Source: Candidatus Cloacimonadales bacterium
GTDB lineage: Bacteria > Cloacimonadota > Cloacimonadia > Cloacimonadales > JAFGVF01
Reading direction: 5' to 3'
Length of the DNA stretch: 64,000 nt
Assembly: GCA_963667035.1 (NCBI GenBank)
Contig: OY762964.1
Coordinates: forward strand, 768,001 to 832,000
In this document: one piece after another, positions 30,231 to 40,300 of the stretch
How positions within the stretch are numbered: position 1 is the stretch's first letter
Layout: each line of letters begins with the position of its first letter
Notes under the pieces: generated by a model
Databases searched by the model: none
The model's input: the letters and a program-made list of their open reading frames with translations, nothing else
Told to the model about the DNA's origin: nothing
Program-made: the position numbers and the translations under genes

Positions 30231-30748
30231 ACAAGTTAGACTGTGTTATCAATAGAACTTGTGCAACACTTCTCTTCGAGTACTCAGTTCAAAGAAAAAT
30301 AAAATCAACATAGTTGAAGATACAGATTACATGAAACTCAATAAGCTCTTCAATATAACTAACATGACGGTCACAATTCTAGTAAATTACCAACACTAAT
30401 CCAAATATCCCTGAGTCTTGAGTAAAGGTAGAACATGCAGACTTGGACGAGCTATTATAATTAATAATTGAATAATAATGCAGTAAAATAGCAAAAGTAT
30501 ATAAAAAAATACTAAAAGAAATAAAAAAGGATAAAAAGGTTGACGAAAATGTCATAGTCTGAAAGTATTTATGTGGGTCAAAAACATGTAGAAGAAAGAA
30601 CAATGAAGTTTCAAGTGATTCTTTGCCATTATCGAGTCAACAATTCTCAGGTTGAAAAGATCATGATTGCGAAGTAATCACCAGTGGAAAATAACCATGC
30701 CTATTGTTCTTAAATGTAATTAATTTGAAGAATTTAAGGAGGATTACT

Positions 30749-31840
30749 ATGTATAAGCAGAACAAGTTAATATTTGTTGTTCTATTGACTTTGATTTTTT
30801 CATTTGGATTTGCAGATGAAATCCCTCACACAATTTCGTATCAGGGTAAATTATTGGAAAATAATGTAGCGGTGGATGGCTCAGTTAACCTGATGTTTAG
30901 AGTTCTAAATTCACAATCAGCTGTCTTATGGGAAGAGATTCACACAGGTGTTAATGTTGACAATGGGCTATATTCTGTATCATTAGGCTCAGTTAATAGA
31001 GGGCCAATCCCTTTGTCAGTCTTTGATGATGACTCCAATCTGTACTTACAGATAATCGTCAACGGAATACCTTTAACACCAAATACAGAACTTCAATCTG
31101 TACCATATGCCTACAAAGCAGAGAAGGCCTATAACTCAGAAAAACTTAACGGTGAGTTACCGGATTATTATCTTGATTGGACAAATATATCAAATATACC
31201 TGCTGATATTGCAGATGGTGATGATACCGGATCGGGAGAAGAAGTAGATCCTACTGTACCTGAGAACATTAAGGATGGGATAGACTGGATTGAATTAACT
31301 TCAAGACCTACTGGTTTAGATGATGGTGATAATGTCGGTCTTAATAGTATTGACGGAGTGGCTAATGAAAATGGAAATGTTGATTTAATTGCCGGTGACA
31401 ATATCACTATTACTCCTGATGATGCAAATAATACTATAGAAATAAGCTCTTCAGGAGGGGGCAGTCATAATGCTGGGTATGATTTTCTGTTGAGCAGTCA
31501 GAATTATGTAAAAATCATAAATACGAATCTTGGTCATCGCCCGAAAATAGTTGAATTCTGCCTAAGTGCTTCTTACAATAATTATTCACAAGCCAGGTGG
31601 ATAGATGAAAATCAAGATGGATCTGGAGTGCTTTCCTGTTTATATACAGATGAAAACACAATAACACGTTTGTTACTTTTACCAGATACTGATAAAATAG
31701 GGCGTATGCAAACAGGATCAAGTGATTCAAGAGATCTTAAGATTGAAACTAGTATTAATACGATAACGATAACTGTTGGTCAAGTGTTTGGTGCACCGGC
31801 AGATTTCAATATTGTGCCTTTCACATGGTATGCAGAGTGA
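30749..31840 (+). CDS. Secreted fibre/adhesin-like protein
   Basis: SD aggagg, signal peptide, ISYQGKL...LWEE.H..V.V.NGLYSV.LGS...SVPYA..A N-terminal domain, repeated 'W..I...P....DGDD'. Confidence 0.7.
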   Translation: MYKQNKLIFVVLLTLIFSFGFADEIPHTISYQGKLLENNVAVDGSVNLMFRVLNSQSAVLWEEIHTGVNVDNGLYSVSLGSVNRGPIPLSVFDDDSNLYLQIIVNGIPLTPNTELQSVPYAYKAEKAYNSEKLNGELPDYYLDWTNISNIPADIADGDDTGSGEEVDPTVPENIKDGIDWIELTSRPTGLDDGDNVGLNSIDGVANENGNVDLIAGDNITITPDDANNTIEISSSGGGSHNAGYDFLLSSQNYVKIINTNLGHRPKIVEFCLSASYNNYSQARWIDENQDGSGVLSCLYTDENTITRLLLLPDTDKIGRMQTGSSDSRDLKIETSINTITITVGQVFGAPADFNIVPFTWYAE

Positions 31841-31853
31841 AGCGGAGGTATAA

Positions 31854-32330
31854 ATGAAGCGGTTAATTATATTTCTACTACTATTTCTTTCAGCACAATT
31901 GATTTTTTCCCAGAATTATAGTATCAAACCTAACGCGATCTCTTCAGGTGGAGGTCAAAGCTTAGGTGGTTCATATACGAACACGTCAGTTATTGGCGAA
32001 GTGATAGTCAACAATTCTGTGTCTTCAGGGTTCTACGAGACTTCCTTGGGCTTTCTTTATTCTGATGAAGTACTTACTTTAAACTCACCAGAGAATCTTT
32101 CAATTTTAATAAATGGGAATTCTCTGCAGCTAAGTTGGGACACTGTTGGTAATGCAGAGTATTACATTGTTTATGCCTCAGATACTCCAACGGGTGTTTA
32201 TAACCAAATATCGGATTTCTCTGATGATTTTAATGCTATGAATGGCAGAGTGTATTGGGGTTCTGAAATTGAACTCAGAACGAAGTTCTTTAAGGTGACT
32301 GCATTATCTGGACGACCTGCAAGGGAATAG
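31854..32330 (+). CDS. Secreted hypothetical protein with C-terminal FN3-like domain
   Basis: Signal peptide, SSGGG..G.Y...S.IGE, LSWDTV...YIVYASDTP...FFKV. Confidence 0.7.
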   Translation: MKRLIIFLLLFLSAQLIFSQNYSIKPNAISSGGGQSLGGSYTNTSVIGEVIVNNSVSSGFYETSLGFLYSDEVLTLNSPENLSILINGNSLQLSWDTVGNAEYYIVYASDTPTGVYNQISDFSDDFNAMNGRVYWGSEIELRTKFFKVTALSGRPARE

Positions 32331-32403
32331 TCAATAAACATTGTTTAGCATCAAGATTTAATAAAATAGAAAACCTGATAAAACATAAAAGGAGAATTTT
32401 GAT

Positions 32404-32892
32404 ATGAAAAAGAATAGTAACTTTCTTATTGTTGTCTTATCAATATTGGCTGTTATTAGTGTGTTTATTGCTGTTTATTCTTTTCTGGCAGTTCTTGAAC
32501 AAGTAACACTTATTGTCACTTCAATTATAACTGGTACATTCACAATTGCAGTTGCAATAATTAGATACGCTCTTGAAGTCGAAAGAAATGCTGAACTCAA
32601 ACGCATTGAGCTAATGCAAGAAAATTATAAGAATATAATTTATTCATTAAAAGAGTACATTAGAAATAATGGTTCAGATAATGATGCACTAAAAACAGTA
32701 TATCTTGAATCATGGATAGCTGGATCAGAAGATGTAGTGATAAAAATTAAATCATTCATGGATAAAAGGAGTAAGCAAAATTTGAAAAATGTATTGCTTC
32801 AAATGAGAAAAGATGTTGGATTGCACGATGAGAAATTACTTGATGTTCCGATAAATGATTTCACTAAGACAGGTGGCTTAGAAGACGATTAA
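32404..32892 (+). CDS. Hypothetical membrane protein
   Basis: Two N-terminal hydrophobic helices, SD aggag. Confidence 0.7.
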   Translation: MKKNSNFLIVVLSILAVISVFIAVYSFLAVLEQVTLIVTSIITGTFTIAVAIIRYALEVERNAELKRIELMQENYKNIIYSLKEYIRNNGSDNDALKTVYLESWIAGSEDVVIKIKSFMDKRSKQNLKNVLLQMRKDVGLHDEKLLDVPINDFTKTGGLEDD

Positions 32893-32942
32893 GAAAACAT
32901 CATAAGCTATTAGCACATTATAGAAGATTGTTTAAATTGGAT

Positions 32943-33007
32943 TAGTTGGTTAGAACATCTGTCTGTCACGCAGAAGGTCGCGAGTTCGAGTCCCGTCACT
33001 CCCGCCA
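32943..33007 (+). pseudogene. 5'-truncated, degenerate tRNA-Asp(GTC) (possible att remnant)
   Basis: agttggttagaacatctgtctGTCacgcagaaggtcgcgagttcgagtcccgtcactcccgCCA; no 5' acceptor strand upstream; mismatch in T stem. Confidence 0.8.
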
Positions 33008-33010
33008 TTT

Positions 33011-33046
33011 AAAAAGTCTATTCACGAAAGTGGATAGGCTTTTTTT
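33011..33046 (+). terminator. Terminator after the tRNA-Asp remnant
   Basis: aaaaagtctattcac-gaaa-gtggataggcttttttt. Confidence 0.8.
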
Positions 33047-33184
33047 GTTGACAAATATTAACTAATATACATTAGTTTAAAAAATGAGTAAATACATCCT
33101 TGACAATTAATAGTTAAGAAATGATTTATTGCAGGTGAATAACAATATGATTTATATAAAATTATTTAGAAAAAATACAGTTTT

Positions 33185-33997
33185 ATGAAGCCATTTCTAA
33201 GATGGGCTGGTGGTAAGCAAAACTTGATCAAAGATTTGATTAAATTTTTGCCTCCAGAAGATAGAGTTAACAGGTATTTTGAACCATTTTTAGGTGCAGG
33301 TTCAATGTTTTTTGCAACTGATTATGAAAAGTGTTTTTTAAGTGATGTAAACAAGGATTTGATAAATTGTTACGAAGCAATAAAAAAAAATCCACGGTTA
33401 ATTGCTGCAAGTTTAGAAAGGCATAAAAAAAACTTTGAGGAAAATGATCAATACTACTACAAAGTAAGAGAAAAATTTAACAAGAATTTGGAAGAAGAAT
33501 CCTCGGTGCAAGCTGCCAGATTTATTTTTTTAATTCATTCTTCATTTAATGGTATATATAGAGTTAATTTGAAAGGAGAATATAATGTTCCGATTGGTAA
33601 GAGGAAACCATCTCTCCCCAAATTGAATGAATTAGAAGCAATAAGTTTAAAATTGAAAGGATGCTACCTCTCTAAAACATCCTACCATAAAATATTAACA
33701 AAAATACAAGAGGATGATTTCGTATATCTTGATCCTCCTTACCCACCAATTAATGAAACATCTTTTTTCCAGCATTATACAAAAGATAAGTTCTCGACTA
33801 AAGAGCAGGAAAAAGTAAGAAACTTTGCTAAGAGTTTAGTTAACAAAAAATGCTTTGTAATGATATCAAATGCAGATACCGAAATGATTAGGGATTTATA
33901 CCGAGGTTGGAATTTTGTTCAATTACAAACAACTAGGTATATTAGTTGTAAGTCAGAGAGATTTAAGGTGAACGAATTAATTATCACAAACTACTAA
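33185..33997 (+). CDS. Dam-family (D12 class) DNA adenine methyltransferase
   Basis: KPFLRWAGGK, YFEPFLGAGS, SFNGIYRVN..GEYNVP.G, YLDPPY, ELIITNY. Confidence 0.93.
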   Translation: MKPFLRWAGGKQNLIKDLIKFLPPEDRVNRYFEPFLGAGSMFFATDYEKCFLSDVNKDLINCYEAIKKNPRLIAASLERHKKNFEENDQYYYKVREKFNKNLEEESSVQAARFIFLIHSSFNGIYRVNLKGEYNVPIGKRKPSLPKLNELEAISLKLKGCYLSKTSYHKILTKIQEDDFVYLDPPYPPINETSFFQHYTKDKFSTKEQEKVRNFAKSLVNKKCFVMISNADTEMIRDLYRGWNFVQLQTTRYISCKSERFKVNELIITNY

Positions 33998-34010
33998 CTT
34001 AGAGGGGAAA

Positions 34011-36368
34011 ATGAGTTTTTTACAACAATATCAAATCGATGAGTTAACAAGTAAAATTGTTAGTGACCATTCAAAATTGGGTAAATTGTTTAAAGCTAGA
34101 AATAGTGAGTTTCAGCGTTTAAGTATAGAACATTCATTAGTACAAAACTACATTGATTTAGGTTGGGAAATTGATGGTAAACCATTAAAAACAAAAACAA
34201 AGATAAAGAAACGCAAGGAACCTTTAAAACAATTTGTAGACGATGTATGGTGCCAATTCTATCGTCTAGGATATAGAATGCTAAATTTCGATGAGAACTT
34301 CCACTTACCATTTTCAAAGAAAGACCAAGATAAAAAGCAAATAGATATAGTAGCTATTAATGATGATTCCATAATATTAGTTGAATGTAAATCAAGTGAG
34401 CACCCTAAGAAAGCACCTTCATATAAAGATGAATTTGACTTGCTAAGCCTCAGATTAGATGGATTTAGAAAGGTCTTACGTCAAATGTATGGGAATAATA
34501 GGAGAGTTAAGTACATATTTGCTACAAGAAATCTTAGACTTAATCAAGAAAGTGTTGATCTAAAACGATTAGGAGGAACAAATTCATTTTACTACAATGA
34601 CAATACGTACAAGTATATTGAAAGTTTAATTCTAAAATACAAAAATGCGTCCTTATATCAATTCCTAGGATTGATTTTCAAAAATGAAGAAATAAACAAT
34701 CAAAAAATTGAGATCCCTGCTGTAAAAGGCAAAATGGGTACGTTAGATTACTATATGTTTTCTATCCAGCCTGCTTTACTGCTTAAAATGGGATTTGTTC
34801 TGCATAGAACTAAAGCAAACGAATCTGAGTTTCCAACCTACCAAAGATTATTAGTTCCCAACAGGTTAAAAGGAATAAGTAAGTTTATCGATAAAGGTGG
34901 TTTTTTCCCAAATTCAATAATAATTAACTTCAATTTGAAGAGTAATAAATTTGTATTCGAAACTAACACAAAAAAAGAAATTTGTAATTCTAGCTGTGGT
35001 ACTCTCAAACTTCCAAATTCTTATGGGATTGCATACATAATTGATGGTCAACATAGAGTTTATGGCTATGCTAATTCTGAGTTCTTACATACAAACACTG
35101 TTCCTGTAGTCGCATTCAATAACCTAGACACAATTACTCAGTTGAGTATCTTTATGGACATTAATCAGAATCAAAAAGCCGTTAGCCCAAGTTTAAGACT
35201 AGATCTTGAAGAAGATTTGTATTGGGACTCAGAAAGAATTGATTCAAGATTAAAAGCATTACGATCATCAATAGTTAAAGTTCTTGCTTATTCTTCTGCT
35301 AGTCCACTGAATAACTTGATATCAGTTGGTGAAGATAAAGCACTTCTTTCTTTTAAACCATTTTCTTCCGCCATAGCTAATTCGGAACTTCTTCCTAGCG
35401 CAAAAGGGAACACATATGTAGAAAGTTCTTTGCATGCATGCCTTTACGACATTAATAATCATAATTATAATGAGGCGATGAATAAGTCAAAAAAGGCAGT
35501 ATCAGATTTTATCATGCTTTGCTATGAATTTGTTGAACAAAGATACTCTAATGTCTTTTCTCGTGAAAAATACTTCATTAAATCCAACAGAGGTACCTTT
35601 GCTTTTATTTCACTTATTGGGTCATTAAACAAACATGAAACTTTTAAAGGAAACCTTGATATTAACTCTAAGGCAAAGGAAAGAGTTAAATGTATTGAAA
35701 AGTATTTAGTTGCACTATTAGATAAATTGAGTGACTTAACGTTTGAAAAATCAAATAAACTTTTATCAATGTTAGGCTCAACAGCGGACACAAAATGGTT
35801 AAGACATTTTCAATTAATTGTTAACGTAAACTTTCCAGATTACAATCCCCCAGAATTAATTGACTGGAAAGAACGACAAGATACAGAATTACAAGATAAA
35901 GGGAGAAAATTAGGAGTAGAAATTGAACGATATATGAAAAAAACCGTACTCAATAATCTGAAAATGCTTTTTAAAGAAGATTGGGAGTTAGAAATCAATA
36001 GCATTAAAAGAGAATGTATGAAACGTGCTGAAGAAGAGAAAGAACGAAACTACAAAGAGGGACTTCCTAAGAAAGAAATTGCATGGACAGAGATGTTTAA
36101 TATATTTGATTACAAAAAAATTATCGAAAAATATTTTGATAAGCTCCCTGAAGATCATCAGCAAGAGAGAGTTGATACCTTCAGAACCTTTAGTAGCTAC
36201 TTTTCAATCGATACAGGAGATGGTTTAGGTAGTAAAGCTAAAAGAATTAAATGGATATCCAGATTTAATTCATATAGAAATCTCTGGGCACATGAGGGAA
36301 CAAAAGAAAAAAGATTGAATAAAGAAGAAGTGTCATTTCTGGAAATGATCCATAAGACTATTCTATAA
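34011..36368 (+). CDS. DGQHR-domain protein with N-terminal PD-(D/E)xK nuclease-like and C-terminal HEPN-like domains
   Basis: QIDIVA...LVECKS; YQR...R...I; FPNSII; IIDGQHR; F.DIN.NQK; C-terminal RNLWAH (RxxxxH). Confidence 0.85.
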   Translation: MSFLQQYQIDELTSKIVSDHSKLGKLFKARNSEFQRLSIEHSLVQNYIDLGWEIDGKPLKTKTKIKKRKEPLKQFVDDVWCQFYRLGYRMLNFDENFHLPFSKKDQDKKQIDIVAINDDSIILVECKSSEHPKKAPSYKDEFDLLSLRLDGFRKVLRQMYGNNRRVKYIFATRNLRLNQESVDLKRLGGTNSFYYNDNTYKYIESLILKYKNASLYQFLGLIFKNEEINNQKIEIPAVKGKMGTLDYYMFSIQPALLLKMGFVLHRTKANESEFPTYQRLLVPNRLKGISKFIDKGGFFPNSIIINFNLKSNKFVFETNTKKEICNSSCGTLKLPNSYGIAYIIDGQHRVYGYANSEFLHTNTVPVVAFNNLDTITQLSIFMDINQNQKAVSPSLRLDLEEDLYWDSERIDSRLKALRSSIVKVLAYSSASPLNNLISVGEDKALLSFKPFSSAIANSELLPSAKGNTYVESSLHACLYDINNHNYNEAMNKSKKAVSDFIMLCYEFVEQRYSNVFSREKYFIKSNRGTFAFISLIGSLNKHETFKGNLDINSKAKERVKCIEKYLVALLDKLSDLTFEKSNKLLSMLGSTADTKWLRHFQLIVNVNFPDYNPPELIDWKERQDTELQDKGRKLGVEIERYMKKTVLNNLKMLFKEDWELEINSIKRECMKRAEEEKERNYKEGLPKKEIAWTEMFNIFDYKKIIEKYFDKLPEDHQQERVDTFRTFSSYFSIDTGDGLGSKAKRIKWISRFNSYRNLWAHEGTKEKRLNKEEVSFLEMIHKTIL

Positions 36369-36407
36369 TGGTTAACATATTTTTAACTAAATATTAACCA
36401 CTGATCG

Positions 36408-36739
36408 TTAATATATCTTGAAAGTGGACTCGATAAACTCATCAGAGTATTTATCGGGGAATACATTTAAGTATGTTATAGTGGAGTTAGCTCTCCCATG
36501 GTATAAATCATATGGTAGTCGATGTCTCATCAACATTTGATCCATCTTTAATTGCTCTGCCGAATACTTAGGCGAAAAACTCAGATGCTTTGTTGCTTCT
36601 TCAGCTGAAGGACTTATCATAAACTAGTTATCAGATTCCTCTTTATCTCAATAATTCTGCTTTCATTGATCTTAGCAATATCAGCAAAATCTTCCCACTT
36701 TAAAAATGTACTTATGACACTATCTATCATTTCATTGGT
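36408..36739 (-). pseudogene. Remnant of a coupled gene pair (HipA-like C-terminal fragment + 70-aa ORF)
   Basis: Fragment (TNE)MIDSVISTFLKWEDFADIAKINESRIIEIKRNLITSL* ends in an ATGA overlap with the 36620 ORF; in-frame stop immediately upstream. Confidence 0.35.
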
Positions 36740-36904
36740 TTATACATAGGCATAATCGGCAAGATATTGCAGATTAAGAAGAGAAAAGGGGTATAAGAAG
36801 CAATATGTTGCAGAATATTTATACTGAGTACAGTATGTGAGGATGGTAAGGGGATGGGGAATCAAACCTGAGGGTTTGAAGACAAGCTGGAAGCATGTCT
36901 TACA

Positions 36905-37266
36905 TTGAGAACGCAGGCATCTTGCCTGCATCTCTAGCTTTGTTGATCTCCAAAACCACTAGATTCATCTGGTGGCTCGAATCAGATAAAAATCTCCCAT
37001 TTCCCTCAGCATTTCAAAAGAAATGCTGAGGGAAATGGGAGGGTGGGGTTTCGCAGTATCCACCACTTGAAAGTGGTGGTTTTGGGAATAGCCCACTACG
37101 AGTTATCTAATCAATGTATTCAGAACCTACGCATGAAGCTTCCACCTACGTTGAAGCTCCGGTTGATAAAACGACTCACTAAATCGTCACGACGGACATA
37201 GCTTGTAGAGATTGCGGACAGGGATGTCCGCGGTCCCAGTCTCCATCACTTGAAAGTGGTGGTTAA
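36905..37266. repeat. Cluster of mixed palindromic REP-like repeats
   Basis: gcaggcatcttgcctgc; inverted pair aaaaccactagattcatctggtgg / ccaccacttgaaagtggtggtttt; perfect 22-bp IR at 36994-37041; cctacg..gaagct units; gcggacagggatgtccgc. Confidence 0.8.
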
Positions 37267-37303
37267 GGGATATCGGCGATCCTAGTGAGAGCTTCAGGAT
37301 GTT

Positions 37304-40300
37304 TTACTCAAAATCACTCACAATAATCTTGAAGAACAGCTTTCCATATCCGGTAGTGTCGATATCAATGTTATTTTCATCAGTTATACCATAGATGGTA
37401 GTGTCACTGCATTCGAAGTTCGGTATATCTGCAGAGTAGATTCGGTACCAGATACCATTGAGCTCAGGATAAGAGTTTCCTTGGTATGTACCTTGAGTAA
37501 CTTCATCCCAGTTTAGAGTGATTGAGTTAGTTCTGGTAGTATTATTTACAACAATTTGAAGATTAGTAGCCTGATCGGGTGCGATATTATCTAATGAATA
37601 GCCTATTACCTCATTTGAACAGTAATAGACAGATGGGGTAGAGGTATGAGCTGAGACGAAGAAAGTAGATGGGTTATCCTCAGTTGCGGATGAATCCTGG
37701 TATGTAGTTGCAGTCATTGTATATTGTTCCCAACCCATAGCAGAGGTTGCTCCGACTGAAATCCAGAGGTCATTATCTCTACTCAGAAGGATTGTGTCAC
37801 TACTATTAAGCGAACTGATTGTATGCTGACTACTTCTTAAACCTGTATTCTGTGATACTCTGGCTTCCTCGATAGATGAAGTCACTCGGTGACCTCTTGA
37901 AGCGAAAGGATACTGAATCCAGAGATTATAACTCACAATTGAAGTAGAGGAGTCTTGTCCATCATAGCTACTTCTCTGCCAACAGACATTTAGATGTCTG
38001 CCTTGATCATTTGGTACATCATAGACAGAGGTGATTACCGGAGCTTGATTGTTGTACGCAAAAGCTGGATAGCTGTTTGCACTTATTGCCCAGATATTCT
38101 CCGTTCCATTTGCTGTTTCATTAATGAAATCCCATCCGGCATTTGTATATGTACTCATTGTCTGCATTTCAACGGTGCTATAGCCAATTCCGCCATCACT
38201 AGTGTTTTGCAGTGATGTTTGAATGTCCCAAAAACTGTTAGTAACAGAAGATGAGGACGATGTTAAACCAACCAAGCCACCAACATTACCGGATCCTTGA
38301 ACAGTTCCGGAAGAGTAGCAATTTGTAATTGTTGAATTGAGTGAATTCCTTCCTACTAATCCTCCCGTGTATGTGAAACCATTCACATTACATCTGCTAT
38401 AACAATTAGAGATAGAGGAGTTATCGAAGATTTCACCAACTAATCCTCCGCTGTTCCCACTGTTACTATTAACAATTCCATCAGTAGAACAGTTGCTTAT
38501 GATTGAGTCATGACTTCGTCCGGTTAATCCACCAACATAATTGGCACCGGTAATATTTGCATTTTTAATACTGAGATCTGCTATTGTAGCTGATTGAACT
38601 ATCCCAAACAAACCGATGTTATCAGCATTTCCACGGGAAATATAAAGGTTACTGATAGTCTTTTCATTTCCATCATATGCACCTGTAAAGTTGATTATAC
38701 TATTTCCGATTGGACTAAAATCTTGATTACTATTCCAGTTTTGGGTATCATCTGCATCTATGTCTGCCGTCTGAATAAAGCTAGCACTCCAATAGCTATC
38801 ATCTTCACAAACAATCAGTAAATCATCAAGGTTTGAAATCTGATATGGATCATTCGTAGTTCCTGAACCTAATAGGCTAGCAGTAACCGTAATATAACCA
38901 CTCTTAACTAAGGTATCTGTCCCTAGTGAGTTTGTGGCAGTTAGACTAACACTATATACGCCAGGTGCCGAATATATATGGGAGCAATCCTCTGTTGTAT
39001 AATCTACAGTTCCATCATTATCAATATCCCATTCCCAAGAACAATTTTCGCTACCGTCTAATGAAAGGTTTGTGAAGTTGATAGATTGGTTTGTAGTTAC
39101 ATTTTCTTCATCAGCAACAAAATCCACAATAGGAGGAGAGGCTTGCCATGCTAGAAGTGGATAGTTTCCCGGAATAAACTTCCAAACATCATCAGTTCCA
39201 TTTGCCTCTTCACCAATAAAGTCCCAACCTGCATTGATATAAGTACTCAATGTTTGCATCTCTGCAGTTGTTAGTTCTGTTGCGGGGCTATCGTCGTTAG
39301 TCCATGTTAAATCTCCATTCCAGAAGCAATTTGATATTAAGGTAGAGCTGGTATATTCAACAAAAGATGAGATATCACCATAACCTTCAACTGAACCGGC
39401 AGTGTAGCAATTTGTTATCGTAGAACCAGAAGTATTGCTAAGAGCGAAACCAGCAACATTTTCACCATTTGTTACCTTGGTATTGTAACAGTTATCAATG
39501 GAAGAGTTATTCTCATTTGTTACGACAAAGCCAGCCCCATCAGAGGGATAAATACCTGCACCGGATGTGTAACACGATGTTATAGATGAACCTGTACTAT
39601 TAACACCAACAAATCCAGCGTTAAGCCCGGAACTGATTGTTCCAAGAGTAGAATAACTGTATGAGATAGTGGAAGCATTATTGTTTTTCCCAACTAAACC
39701 TCCTGTTGTCCATCCACTTACACTCCCTGAATAGCAGTAACATTGAGTGATTGAAGAACTATTATTGCTATATCCAACTAACCCACCTGTATAATAATTA
39801 CCACTGATTTCTCCAGTGATATAGCAGTTGCTGATACTTGTATCGGAACAGTAACCTGCCAATCCTCCTGTGCGATCACTACCTGTTACATCAGCATTAG
39901 TTAATCCCAGGTTAGAGATCTCAGACCCACTGGCATATCCGAATAGCCCAATGTTATCGCTATTATCGTTATTAGATCTATAATCCATAAACAAGCCATC
40001 GATAATATATTCTTGCCCATCGTATGTCCCTGTAAAATTTATAGTTTCATTACCGATTGGTGATAAGCCGTGACCATTATTTAAAGATGAGGTAGATGAT
40101 GCATCAATATCTGCAGTTTGTATAAAGCACCTATCCCAAAAATTACTGTTTTCACTCAACCACATTAAATCTTCAAAGCATGATATTTGGTGAGGATCTT
40201 GTTGAGTACCATCTCCAATTGGAGCTGTAGAGAATGTCATCTCTTCTCCATAGGCAATCCCTATACTGTTTATTGCATAAGCTCTGTAATAATACTCAGT

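Noticed and set aside
30749..31840. Prophage tail fibre / prophage region
   Set aside because: Protein has a signal peptide and no capsid, terminase or integrase genes are nearby; more likely a cellular surface protein
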